64,000 nt of DNA, taken from an uncultured Gemmatimonadales bacterium (GTDB lineage Bacteria; Gemmatimonadota; Gemmatimonadetes; Longimicrobiales; RSA9). The DNA lies in assembly GCA_963798845.1 (NCBI GenBank), contig CAWCUS010000002.1:160001-224000 (forward strand). Reading direction: 5' to 3'. A model generated the notes under the pieces. The model worked only from the letters and a program-made list of their open reading frames with translations, had not been told where the DNA came from and searched no databases. The position numbers and the translations under genes are program-made. Each line of letters opens with the position of its first letter. Position 1 is the first letter of the stretch. This document shows, one piece after another, positions 39,537-49,524 of the stretch.

Positions 39537-42500
39537 ATGCCTTCGTCCGGCTTCCTCCGCGCGCCCGCCGGCACACTCGCCGGGCCGTCCCGCGTCCGCT
39601 CCCTGATCGTGGCCGCGTCGCTGGCGCTGCTCGCGGCCGCCGGCCCGCGACCGCTCGAGGCGCAGGGGACGCGCCTGCTCCGCTCCCCCACCGTGTCGGC
39701 CACGCAGGTGGCGTTCGAATACGGCGGAGACATCTGGTTGGTGGGTCGTCAGGGCGGAGAAGCGCGCCGCCTCACGGCGACGCCCGCGATCGAGACGGGT
39801 CCCCACTTCTCGCCGGACGGGACAATGATCGCGTTCACGTCGAACCGGACGGGCTCGGACCAGGTCTGGGTGGTGCCCGCGGAGGGCGGGGAGCCGCGTC
39901 GCCTGACGTGGTACCCTGGCGGCGGCGCAGAGGCGCGCGGCTGGACGCCGGACGGCAGGGAGATCCTGTACGCGTCCGGCCGCGGCTCCGCGCCGGTCTC
40001 GTACACGCACCTGTGGCTCGTCCCGGCTGGCGGCGGGCCGTCGCACGAGGTGCCCGAGCACATGGCGGCGCGGGGCTCGTTCTCCCCGGACGGCAGGCGC
40101 ATCGTGGTGGACCGCGTCCCGCGCTGGGACAGCGAGTTCCGCAACTACCGCGGCGGCCAGAACACCGCGCTCACCATCCTGGACCTGGACGACCTGTCCG
40201 AAGTGAAGCTGCCGAACGAGCGGACCACGGACACCGACCCCGTCTGGCTCGGGGACCGGATCTGGTTCCTGTCCGATCGCGACTTCGCGACCAACGTCTG
40301 GAGCTACGAGGTGGACACCGGCACGCTGGCCCAGGTCACCCGCTTCACCGCTGCCGACGTGAAGGCGCTGGGCGGCGGCGCCGCCGATGCGCTGGCGTTC
40401 GAGCAGGACGGCTGGCTCTGGCTCCTGGATCCCGCGAGCGGCGAGGCCCGCAAGCTGGACGTCACCGTGCGCGGGGACTTCCCGTGGGCCGCCCCGCACT
40501 GGGCGACGGTGAGCGACGAGGTCGCTTCCGCGTCGCTCTCGCCCACGGGCCAGCGGGCGCTCTTCGAAGCGCGCGGCGAGGTCTTCACGGTCCCGGCGGA
40601 GAAGGGCGATGTGCGCAACCTCACCCGCTCGCCGGGCGCCGCCGACCGCTCGCCGATCTGGTCGCCGGACGGGACGAAAGTGGCGTGGTTCTCCGACGCG
40701 GGCGACGGCTACCGGCTGATGGTCGAGGACCAGGACGGGCTCGGCGAGCCCCGGTCCCTGGAGCCGGGCGACGAGACGAAGTACGCGTGGTCGGTGACCT
40801 GGTCGCCGGACGGGGAGCGGCTGGCGTGGGTGGACCAGCGCGCCCGCATCCACGTCATGGAGCTGGCCAGCGCAAAGGTCCGCACCGCCGACGTGGACGG
40901 CACGATCCAGAACCGGGGCGGCCTCGGGCTCACCTGGTCGCCCGACTCGAAGTGGCTCGCGTACGCGAAAGAGTACCCGAACCACTTCCACCGGATCGTG
41001 GTGTGGTCGCTGGACAGCGGGAAGACGACGGCGCTCACCAATGCGCTGGCCGACGCCGTGTCCCCGGCCTGGGACGCCGGCGGGCGCTGGCTCTACTTCC
41101 TCGCCAGCACCGACCTCGGCCTGGCCAGCGGCTGGGCCAACCTGAGCAACGCCCAGGCGGATCCGTCGTACGGCGCGTACGTGGCCGTCCTGCGGAGCGG
41201 TGATCCCACGCCCTTCGCGCCGGAGAGCGACGAGGAGCCGGCCGGAGGCGGGAAGAGTGGCGCCGGGAAGGACGAGGCAGGCGGAAAGGGCGGAAAGGCC
41301 GCGGGCGGGAAGGCGTCGTCGTCGGAGAAGGGCGGTGCGGATTCGGCGGTGGACGTCCGCATCGACGCGGACGGCATCGCCCGCCGCATCGTGGCGCTGC
41401 CGGTGCCGGTGCGACGCTACGCGGAGCTCGCCGCGGGGCCGCGAGGCGTGGTCTTCATGGCCGAGCGCCAGGAGGACGGGCCCGGGGCCACGCTGCGCCG
41501 TTTCGACATGGAGAAGCGGAAGGAAGAGACATTCCTGGAGGGCGCGCGCAGCTTCGCTCTGTCGCGCGACGGCTCGAAGCTGCTGTACCGACAGGGATCC
41601 TCGTGGCACATCGTCGGCGACCGGCTCGCCGCCCAAGCCCGGGGACGGGAAGATCGATGTCGCCCTCCGGATGCGGGTGGAACCCGCGGAGGAGTGGCGG
41701 CAGATCTTCGAGGAAGCGTGGCGGATGGAGCGCGACTTCTTCTACGACCCGGGGCTCCACGGCGCCGACTGGACGGCGGTGCACGCGCGCTACGCGCCGC
41801 TGGTGCCGTACGTCCGCAGCCGCGAGGACCTGCGCTACATCCTGGACCAGGTGGGCGGCGAGCTGAGCGTGGGACACAGCTTCACCGGCGGCGGCGACTA
41901 CCCGGCCGTCGACACGGTGCGAACCGGGCTGCTGGGCGCCGACCTGGTGGCCGAGAACGGCCGCTGGCGCATCCGCCGCATATTGAGCACCGAAAGCTGG
42001 AACCCCGGGCTCTCCGCGCCGCTCGCCGCTCCCGGCGTGCGAGCCTCCGAGGGCGACTACCTGCTGGCCGTGAACGGCCGCGATCTCACCGCCGACGACA
42101 ACCCGTACCAGTGGCTCGACGGCACCGCCGACCAGCAGACCGCGCTGCGGCTGAACAGCCGCCCCTCCCCGGACGGGTCCTGGACCGTGACCGTGGTTCC
42201 GGTGCGGAGCGAGGCAGCGCTGCGCCAGCGCGCCTGGGTCGAGGACAACCGCCGCATGGTGGACTCGCTCTCCGACGGCCGGCTGGCGTACGTCTGGGTG
42301 CCCAACACCGGCGGCAGCGGGTTCGTCAACTTCAACCGCTACTTCTTCGCCCAGCAGGACCGTGACGGCGCGGTCATCGACGAGAGATTCAACGGCGGCG
42401 GCCTGCTCGACGACTACATGGTCGACCTGATGAGCCGAAAGCTCATTGGCGGCGTCACCAACGATGCCGCGGATGGCACGGACTACCGCCTCCCCATGGC

Positions 42501-42906
42501 CGGGATCCTCGGACCCAAGGTGCTGCTCATCAACGAGCTCGCCGGGTCCGGCGGCGATTACTTCCCCTGGGCCTTCCGCCAGCTCGACGTGGGGCCGCTC
42601 ATCGGCCAGCGCACCTGGGGAGGGCTGGTGGCCGCCTGCGCCCCCTACGCCCTCGTGGACGGCGGCTACATCACCTCCCCGTGCAGCGCCGTCTTCTCCG
42701 GCGACCACTGGGTGGCGGAGAACGAGGGCGTGCCGCCCGACATCCCCGTCTACTTCGACGCGAAGGACTACGCGGCTGGCCGCGACCCGCAGCTCGAGCG
42801 CGCCGTCCGGGAAGCGCTGAAGCTGCTCGAGACCGAAGGCGTGAACGCGCAGCGGCACCCGCCCTTCGTGAAGAAGGCCAGGCGGCCGGAGACGGGCGGG
42901 CAGTAG
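39537..42906 (+). CDS. Tricorn-like S41 protease (PD40 propellers, PDZ, S41), apparent +1 frameshift near 41616
   Basis: Signal peptide, FSPDG repeats, YRGG; then EEWRQIFEEAWR, GELSVGH, IDERFNGGG, GSGGD, RTWGGL, ENEGVPPD, DPQLERA. Confidence 0.92.
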
Positions 42907-42989
42907 CAGGCGGATCGGGCGAAGGGCGCGCCGGATGTGAAAAGCGCCGCAGACCACGGGTGGCCGGCGGCGCTTCCCTTTCGACTCAG

Positions 42990-43063
42990 TCGGGGAGACA
43001 GGATTTGAACCTGCGACCCCTGCGTCCCGAACGCAGTGCTCTACCGGGCTGAGCTACTCCCCG
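42990..43063 (-). tRNA. tRNA-Pro(CGG)
   Basis: Anticodon arm CTGCG-TTCGGGA-CGCAG. Confidence 0.95.
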
Positions 43064-43132
43064 AGTCCTTCCGTCCTGCTCCAGCGGTGCGACACGCACG
43101 CCGGCCACCTCGGGCGGGTGGTCACGGCGTCA

Positions 43133-43217
43133 CGGACGGGGTGGGATTCGAACCCACGAGAGCTTGCGCCCCACACGATTTCCAATCGTGCTCCTTGAGC
43201 CGCTCGGACACCCGTCC
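43133..43217 (-). tRNA. tRNA-Ser(GGA)
   Basis: CACGA-TTGGAAA-TCGTG, long variable arm. Confidence 0.95.
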
Positions 43218-43227
43218 CGATGGCGAG

Positions 43228-43314
43228 CGGAGAGGGAGGGATTCGAACCCTCGAGGGCCTTTCGGCCCAAACGCCTTAGCAGGGCGCCGCCTTAAGCCTC
43301 TCGGCCACCTCTCC
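43228..43314 (-). tRNA. tRNA-Ser(GCT)
   Basis: GCGCC-CTGCTAA-GGCGT, long variable arm. Confidence 0.95.
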
Positions 43315-43336
43315 CATCCGTCGTACCCTTCTCCAG

Positions 43337-43409
43337 TTGCCCCTCCTGGGCTCGAACCAGGACTCTTCTGATCCAGAGTCAGACGTGTTGCCAGTTACAC
43401 CAAGGGGCA
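43337..43409 (-). tRNA. tRNA-Gln(CTG)
   Basis: TCTGA-CTCTGGA-TCAGA. Confidence 0.95.
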
Positions 43410-43436
43410 ATGTCCACCGGCTCCCGCGGGAGCCAG

Positions 43437-43509
43437 AGCGGGCGACCGGGCTCGAACCGGCGACCCTCAGCTTGGGAAGCTGATGCTCTACCAACTGAGC
43501 TACGCCCGC
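43437..43509 (-). tRNA. tRNA-Gly(CCC)
   Basis: TCAGC-TTCCCAA-GCTGA. Confidence 0.95.
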
Positions 43510-43587
43510 ACATTCCTTCAGTCAGTCGTGAACGCGAGCTTCGCAGACGGCTACGCCTGCGCCGCCTCTCGGAGGGCGCTCCAGCAG

Positions 43588-43661
43588 AGCCACCACGCGG
43601 ATTCGAACCGCGGACCCCATCATTACGAATGAATGTGCTCTACCAGCTGAGCTATGGTGGC
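43588..43661 (-). tRNA. tRNA-Thr(CGT), one extra base in the anticodon stem
   Basis: CATTCA-TTCGTAA-TGATG; the stem is perfect if one T is removed. Confidence 0.92.
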
Positions 43662-43668
43662 ACGTCAG

Positions 43669-43741
43669 TGGAGCTGAGGGGAGTCGAACCCCTGACCTCT
43701 GCAGTGCGATTGCAGCGCTCTCCCAACTGAGCTACAGCCCC
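43669..43741 (-). tRNA. tRNA-Ala(CGC)
   Basis: CTGCA-ATCGCAC-TGCAG; G3:U70. Confidence 0.95.
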
Positions 43742-43801
43742 AGCACTCCATCGTCCGGCGCGAGCCCGGGTCGTGGACCATCTCCCGGGGCCGCGGCTTC
43801 A

Positions 43802-43875
43802 TGGGCGCGAGAGGACTCGAACCTCTGACCTCTACGATGTCAACGTAGCGCTCTAACCAACTGAGCTACGCGCCC
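43802..43875 (-). tRNA. tRNA-Val(GAC)
   Basis: CTACG-TTGACAT-CGTAG. Confidence 0.95.
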
Positions 43876-43967
43876 TCACTCGCACCGCGCGTCAGCGCGG
43901 TGCTTCACGCGCGCAGCGCGTCCCGCGCGGAACGCGTCCCCGTCGCCGTGACGCGTCCCCTTGCGAG

Positions 43968-44051
43968 TGGTGGGGGAAGGATTCGAACCTTCGTAGGGCG
44001 TGGCCCAACAGATTTACAGTCTGTCCCGTTTAGCCGCTTCGGTACCCCACC
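43968..44051 (-). tRNA. tRNA-Tyr(GTA)
   Basis: ACAGA-CTGTAAA-TCTGT. Confidence 0.95.
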
Positions 44052-44055
44052 GGAG

Positions 44056-44139
44056 TGCCCACGACAGGACTCGAACCTGTACGCCCTTTCGGGCACTGGT
44101 CCCTCAAACCAGCCTGTCTACCAGTTTCAGCACGTGGGC
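44056..44139 (-). tRNA. tRNA-Leu(GAG)
   Basis: CTGGT-TTGAGGG-ACCAG. Confidence 0.95.
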
Positions 44140-44160
44140 TCCCTGCATCCTGCGATCCAG

Positions 44161-44244
44161 TGCTCGGAAGAGGACTCGAACCTCCACGGGGTTGCCCCCA
44201 CATGGTCCTGAACCATGCGCGTCTACCAATTCCGCCATCCGAGC
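44161..44244 (-). tRNA. tRNA-Leu(CAG)
   Basis: CATGG-TTCAGGA-CCATG. Confidence 0.95.
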
Positions 44245-44253
44245 GACCAACCA

Positions 44254-44326
44254 TGGAGCTGAGGGGAATCGAACCCCTGACCTCCTGAATGCCATTCAGG
44301 CGCTCTCCCAACTGAGCTACAGCCCC
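44254..44326 (-). tRNA. tRNA-Ala(GGC)
   Basis: CCTGA-ATGGCAT-TCAGG. Confidence 0.95.
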
Positions 44327-44423
44327 GGCGGCCGACCTGCCGGCGCGATCCCGGTCCGCCGGCCAACCTTCCCGGCGGCGTTTCGCCGCCTTCGTGTCGC
44401 ACCTCTCTTGTCAATCAACTCAG

Positions 44424-44498
44424 CGGGGCTGACGGGACTTGAACCCGCGACCTCCGGTGTGACAGACCGGCACTCTAACCAAACTGAGCTACAGCCCC
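44424..44498 (-). tRNA. tRNA-Asp(GTC)
   Basis: CCGGT-CTGTCAC-ACCGG. Confidence 0.95.
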
Positions 44499-44529
44499 TG
44501 ACCCCGACCCTTCCGGGCCGGCCAACCAG

Positions 44530-44602
44530 AGCGGGCGACCGGACTCGAACCGGCGACCTTCTGCATGGCAAGCAGACGCTCTACCAACTGAGCTACGCCC
44601 GC
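44530..44602 (-). tRNA. tRNA-Gly(GCC)
   Basis: TCTGC-TTGCCAT-GCAGA. Confidence 0.95.
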
Positions 44603-44741
44603 GCATTTCCCGCTCATCCTGCCTCAGAGCGCAAGGCCCTTCCCGCCACCTGGGCGGAGTCTGTGAACGCTCGGCGTTCACAGAACTGAGCTACGCCCGC
44701 GCATTTCCCGCTCATCCTGCCTCAGAGCGCAAGGCCCTTCC
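44586..44741. repeat. 58-bp perfect direct repeat (44586-44643, 44684-44741) around a 40-bp double-hairpin insert
   Basis: The repeat comprises the 5' 17 nt of tRNA-Gly(GCC) plus its leader. Confidence 0.93.
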
Positions 44742-44760
44742 TGCGAAACGAATCCTAGCA

Positions 44761-44832
44761 TGCCCCCAAGGGGAATCGAACCCCTATTACCAGCTTGAAA
44801 GGCTGGCGTCCTAGCCGTTAGACGATGAGGGC
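44761..44832 (-). tRNA. tRNA-Glu(TTC)
   Basis: CCAGC-CTTTCAA-GCTGG. Confidence 0.95.
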
Positions 44833-44905
44833 CCATCTGCCCTTCCAACGCCCGGCTCGGGGTCGCTTCCCGACGACGAGCACCACCCCGACAACGACGT
44901 CTTCA

Positions 44906-44978
44906 TACCCCCACGGGGAATCGAACCCCGGTCTTCTGGCTGAGAACCAGATATCCTAGGCCACTAGACGATGGGGGC
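44906..44978 (-). tRNA. tRNA-Glu(CTC)
   Basis: TCTGG-TTCTCAG-CCAGA. Confidence 0.95.
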
Positions 44979-45028
44979 CTGGCCCCGTGTGCGCGAGCCC
45001 GCTGGCGTCGCGCGCCATCCGCCGCTAG

Positions 45029-45101
45029 CAGGCCCGGAGGGACTTGAACCCCCAACCGCCGGTTTTGGAGACCGGTGCTCTACCAGTTGAGCTACGGACC
45101 T
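45029..45101 (-). tRNA. tRNA-Trp(CCA)
   Basis: CCGGT-CTCCAAA-ACCGG. Confidence 0.95.
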
Positions 45102-45108
45102 ACACCAG

Positions 45109-45181
45109 TGGCCGGGGACAGAATTGAACTGTCGACACCACGATTTTCAGTCGTGTGCTCTACCAACTGAGCTACCCGGCC
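45109..45181 (-). tRNA. tRNA-Phe(GAA)
   Basis: CACGA-CTGAAAA-TCGTG. Confidence 0.95.
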
Positions 45182-45406
45182 TCGTACCGACCATCATCGC
45201 GCGGCCGAAGGGCTCACGACCCCGAGAGCATGCCTGCGGTGCGAACTCCGGCCGCACACAGCGTGGCCCTCGCCGACCCTGCCCGGCCGCGCTCCAGAAC
45301 CCGAATTGTCAGCGGCAGCACGACCACCACCGCTCGTCCTTTCGACGAAAAGCCCGCCCCACGGTTCGGACTCGGGGCGGGCGGGCCGCGGGGCGGCCTT
45401 GCCGAA

Positions 45407-45480
45407 TAGCGGGGGCGGGATTTGAACCCGCGACCTCCGGGTTATGAGCCCGGCGAGCTACCAGACTGCTCCACCCCGCG
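45407..45480 (-). tRNA. Initiator tRNA-fMet(CAT)
   Basis: C1:U72 mismatch; CCGGG-CTCATAA-CCCGG with three consecutive G-C pairs. Confidence 0.95.
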
Positions 45481-45491
45481 TCGAGACACCT

Positions 45492-45520
45492 AAACTAGTC
45501 CGGGCCGTGGGGGGTGTCAA
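45492..45520 (-). promoter_or_regulatory. Sigma70 promoter of the tRNA cluster
   Basis: Minus strand TTGACA-17 nt-TAGTTT, 11 nt before tRNA-fMet. Confidence 0.8.
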
Positions 45521-45570
45521 CCCCGCCCCGGCGCCTTCCAGGGTGCCCGTGTCGGCACGGATCGCGCCCC

Positions 45571-48075
45571 CTATCCGACCACCAGATTCACCAGGCGGTC
45601 GGGGACGAAAATGACCTTCCGGACGGCCTTCCCCTCCACCTGCCGGGCGACGTTCTCGTCAGCCAGCGCCGCTTCGCGGGCGTCCTTCTCGGAGATGCCC
45701 CTCGCCATCGGCATACGGGCGCGCAGCTTGCCGTTCACCTGCACCACGAACTCAATGCTTTCGGCGATGACCCTGTCCGGGTCGTAGTCCGGCCAGAGCA
45801 CCGGGTTGCGCGCGGATGCCTGCTTACGGAAGAGCGGGGCTTCGTGCCCGAGCCGCGCCCACAGCTCCTCGGCGATGTGCGGACCGAACGGCGCCGTCAG
45901 GACGACGAGCGGCTCGACCTCGCTCCGGCTCGCCAGCCGGCCGCCCTCCCGGACGGCGTTGAGGTACTCCATCATGGCGGCGATGGCCGTGTTGTACCTG
46001 AGCGCCGCGATGTCCTCGGTGACCTTCTTGATGGTGGCGTGCAGCTTCTGCTCGAGGTCGCCCGCGAGCGGGGCTTCTCCCAGGTCGTCGCGTACGATGG
46101 TGTCCCACAGGCGGGAGTAGAAGCCGCCGGGCCCGCTGAGCCCCTGGTCGCGGAAGTCGCCGCCCTCCTGGTAGGGTCCGAGGAACATGAGGTAGGTACG
46201 GAACGTGTCCGCGCCCCACTTCTCGATGTACTCGTCCGGGACCACCACATTGCCCCGGGACTTCGACATCTTGGCCCCGTCCTTGATGATGAGGCCGTGC
46301 TTGCGGAAGCGCTCGAACGGCTCCTCGAAGTCGATCAGGGCCAGGTCCTTCAGCACCATCGTGATGAATCGGGAGTAGAGCAGGTGCAGCACGCTGTGCT
46401 CCTCGCCCCCGATGTACATGTCCACCGGCAGCCACTTCTCCGTCCGTTCCGGGCCGAACGCGCGGTCGTCGAGCGCGGTGGACGGGTAGCGGAGGAAGTA
46501 CCAGGAGCTGTCCAGGAACGTGTCGCTCACGTCCGTCTCGCGCGTGGCCCTGCCGCCGCACGAGGGGCACGTCACCCGGTACCACGACTCGGCCCGGGCC
46601 AGGGGACTGATGCCCGAGGCGTCCGGCTTGTAATCGTCCACGTGCGGGAGCAGGACCGGGAGGTCGCTCTCGGGGACGGCGACGGTGCCGCAGTCGTCGC
46701 AGTAGATGATCGGGATGGGCGGACCCCAGTAGCGCTGGCGCGAGATGCACCAGTCGTGGAGCCGGTAGTTGATCCGCTCCTCGCCCAGCCCGCGCACGGC
46801 GAGCCAGTCGGTGATGGCCCGTTTCGCGTCGCGCCACGGCATGCCGTCGAACGGGTCGGAGTTGACCAGTGTCCCCTCGTCGCCGACGTAGGCCTGCTCC
46901 AGCGGGGTCAGCCCGTCCTCGCCCTCGCCCGCCACCACGCGCACGATCGGCAGCCCGAAGCGGGTGGCGAACTCGAAATCGCGCTCGTCGTGCCCGGGCA
47001 CGGCCATGATGGCGCCCGTGCCGTACTCCATGAGCACGTAGTCGGCGATCCACACCGGCACTTCCTCTCCCGTGGCCGGGTTCACGCAGAAGCCGCCCGT
47101 GAAGACGCCGGTCTTCTCCTTGTCGGTCTTCTTCCGGGAGACGAGGTCCATGGCCGCGGCCCCACGACGGTACGCCTCCACCTCCTCGCGACGGTCGTCC
47201 GTCGTGAGCGCGTCCACCGCCGGGTGCTCCGGCGCCAGCACCATGAACGTGGCACCGTAGAGCGTGTCCGGGCGGGTGGTGAAGACCTCGATCACCGGGC
47301 GGTCGGCGTGCACCTGCGCTTTCTCGTGCTCGTCCTCGGCGACCTTCTTCCGGGCGATGGGGAAGCGCACCAGCGCCCCCTCGCTCCTCCCGATCCAGTT
47401 CTCCTGCGCCTTCTTCGTCGTCTCCGACCAGTCGATCCAGGAGAGGTTGTCCAGGAGCCGGCCCGCGTATTCCGTGATCCGGAAGAACCACTGGCTGAGG
47501 AAGCGCTGCTCCACGGGCGTGCCGCAGCGTTCGCACGCGCCGGCGATGACCTGCTCGTTGGCCAGCACCGTCTGGCACGACGGGCACCAGTTGACCGGCG
47601 CCTCCTTCTTCTCCGCCAGACCCGCCTTGTAGAGCTGGAGGAAGATCCACTGGGTCCACCTGTAGTACGACGGGTCGGTGGTGTTCACCGCGTGGTTCCA
47701 GTCGTACATGGCGCCCGTGCGCTTCAGCTGGCGCGTGAAGTTGGCCACGTTGCTCGGGATCAGCTCCATGGGGTGCGTCCCCATCTTGAGCGCGAAGTTC
47801 TCGCTGTGGATCCCGAACGCGTCGAAGCCGATCGGCTCGAACACCGTGTGGCCGCGCAGCCGCATGTAGCGACCGTACACGTCGGCGCCCGTAAACGCGT
47901 AGATGTTCCCCACGTGCAGCCCCTCGGCCGACGGGTAGGGGAACATCATCAGGTTGAAGAAAGGCTTCTCGGCGCCGAGGAGCGTCTCCTCGTCGAGGGC
48001 GTTCGTGTTCTCCTCGGCCCAGCGGGCCTGCCATTTCTTCTCGAGCGCGGATGCGTTGTAGGTCTTGTCGTCCAT
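45571..48075 (-). CDS. leuS: Leucine--tRNA ligase
   Basis: MFPYPSAEGLHVGN (HIGH variant), editing domain FTTRPDT / GTGAIMAVPGHDERD, DWCISRQRYWG, KMSKS, VVQVNGKLR. Confidence 0.97.
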   Translation of the reverse strand: MDDKTYNASALEKKWQARWAEENTNALDEETLLGAEKPFFNLMMFPYPSAEGLHVGNIYAFTGADVYGRYMRLRGHTVFEPIGFDAFGIHSENFALKMGTHPMELIPSNVANFTRQLKRTGAMYDWNHAVNTTDPSYYRWTQWIFLQLYKAGLAEKKEAPVNWCPSCQTVLANEQVIAGACERCGTPVEQRFLSQWFFRITEYAGRLLDNLSWIDWSETTKKAQENWIGRSEGALVRFPIARKKVAEDEHEKAQVHADRPVIEVFTTRPDTLYGATFMVLAPEHPAVDALTTDDRREEVEAYRRGAAAMDLVSRKKTDKEKTGVFTGGFCVNPATGEEVPVWIADYVLMEYGTGAIMAVPGHDERDFEFATRFGLPIVRVVAGEGEDGLTPLEQAYVGDEGTLVNSDPFDGMPWRDAKRAITDWLAVRGLGEERINYRLHDWCISRQRYWGPPIPIIYCDDCGTVAVPESDLPVLLPHVDDYKPDASGISPLARAESWYRVTCPSCGGRATRETDVSDTFLDSSWYFLRYPSTALDDRAFGPERTEKWLPVDMYIGGEEHSVLHLLYSRFITMVLKDLALIDFEEPFERFRKHGLIIKDGAKMSKSRGNVVVPDEYIEKWGADTFRTYLMFLGPYQEGGDFRDQGLSGPGGFYSRLWDTIVRDDLGEAPLAGDLEQKLHATIKKVTEDIAALRYNTAIAAMMEYLNAVREGGRLASRSEVEPLVVLTAPFGPHIAEELWARLGHEAPLFRKQASARNPVLWPDYDPDRVIAESIEFVVQVNGKLRARMPMARGISEKDAREAALADENVARQVEGKAVRKVIFVPDRLVNLVVG

Positions 48076-48207
48076 CACACAGCGGATGCCGATTGGCGTC
48101 TACGGCGAGTACCGGTCAGGGCGTGCACGGCTTGCAAGACCGTGAACGGCCGCGGGCCGGCTCCCGGGGCATGGCCCGGGCGCAAGCCAAACAACATATG
48201 CACGGGG

Positions 48208-49278
48208 TCAACCGGGAGCCAAGCGGGCGATGGCCTCGTAGGGGACGTCGGGCGACGACTTCGCTGCCTCGACCATCTTCGCGACCACCTGCCTCAGGTC
48301 CCCGCCCGACGCCCGGTATACGCGGTCGAACTCGCCCAGGTCCCTGTAGTAGAGCCGGATCCCCATGAGCGTGGCGTTGTTGATGGGCCGTTCGGCGAAC
48401 GTCCGGAAGTTGCGCTCCAGGCGAGGCACCACCTCGCGCTCGTACCCCTCTCGCCAGCGGCGGATGATCTCGTCGCGGTCGGCGACCTTCTGGGCGGCTG
48501 CGATGTCGGTTCGCCCGTACAGGTTGTCGAGGGCGGAGACCAGGCGCTGGAGCGCGTCGCCGAAAACCACCGCGTCGTGCCACGCGGCCCTCGCCGCGAC
48601 GCAGTGCGGACCGGCGTCCCCCTCGATCCCGCAGAACAGCTCGGCCGCCCCCACGTCACCGACGAAGTTGGCAAAGCTCTCATTGAACGCCGCCTGGCTC
48701 GGCAGGTACAGCGTGTTGTGCGTGACCTCGTGGATCACCGTGGACGCCAGGGACACGCTGTCGTAGTCGAGGACCGTGCTGAGCAGCGGATCGTTGAACC
48801 AGCCGAGCGTGCTGAACGCCCCCGACGGTCGCACGTACGTGTCGTAGCCTGCCGCGTCGAGCTTGCTCGCCGCCTCGCGCGCGTCGTCCGGGTCGAAGAA
48901 CCCCTTGTACGGCACCCGCCCCACGATCGGGAACCACCAGGTCACGGGCTGGAACGCGTCCTTCCTCGACGCCTGGACCACGAGCAGGAGCGTGTCGCTG
49001 TCCACCCGCGAGAAGGTCGTGTAGCTGTCGCCGACGTCCAGGCGGAGCCGCTGGCTCGCGAACGTCCTGGCCGTGCGCACCAGCTCCAGCTTGTCCCGCG
49101 TCCGCTCCCCCGTCTCCGGCGACGAGATCACCTGTTCGATCGGACGACGTCGGCTCAGGATCTTCGCTTCCTCCAGCCCCGCCCGCACCACGTACCCCGG
49201 GGAGCAGAACAGGAGAGTGCCGGCCAGTCCTGCGAGGATGGCCACGAGGAGCAGGCGACGAGCGGTGCTTACGGTCAT
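48208..49278 (-). CDS. Predicted zinc aminopeptidase (DUF2265-like)
   Basis: WWFPIVGRVPYKGFF, AFSTLGWFNDP, IHEVTH, FNESFA. Confidence 0.88.
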   Translation of the reverse strand: MTVSTARRLLLVAILAGLAGTLLFCSPGYVVRAGLEEAKILSRRRPIEQVISSPETGERTRDKLELVRTARTFASQRLRLDVGDSYTTFSRVDSDTLLLVVQASRKDAFQPVTWWFPIVGRVPYKGFFDPDDAREAASKLDAAGYDTYVRPSGAFSTLGWFNDPLLSTVLDYDSVSLASTVIHEVTHNTLYLPSQAAFNESFANFVGDVGAAELFCGIEGDAGPHCVAARAAWHDAVVFGDALQRLVSALDNLYGRTDIAAAQKVADRDEIIRRWREGYEREVVPRLERNFRTFAERPINNATLMGIRLYYRDLGEFDRVYRASGGDLRQVVAKMVEAAKSSPDVPYEAIARLAPG

Positions 49279-49524
49279 GAGGACGTGAGACCCCGGTCGG
49301 CGGCGCGCGGTTCCGTGGGCGCCGCGAGCCTGGACGGGCGGCGCCGGCAGGGTGGGCCTGGCGAATGTTGTTTCTTGTACCAGGTCCGCCGGTCCCCCGC
49401 GTGGCCGGAGGCCAGAATGTGGCCGAGCCACGCGGAAGTCGGGGCGCCATAAAATGTGGATAGTGGTGCCAGGTCCGGCACCGGGGCGTTGCGGCGCCGG
49501 CCGGGCCGGCGGAAATTGCCGACC

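Noticed and set aside
9560..41625. prpD and tricorn as true pseudogenes
   Set aside because: Each has a single extra base (CC near 9570, GG near 41616) in an otherwise intact gene, in an assembly with evident indel errors. Not proven without reads.
44386..44414. Internal tRNA-cluster promoter at a minus-strand TTGACA
   Set aside because: No recognisable -10 element at 16-18 nt spacing.
45514..49452. 1312-aa plus-strand ORF and other long antisense ORFs
   Set aside because: These are shadows of real genes in high-GC DNA, with no recognisable motifs.
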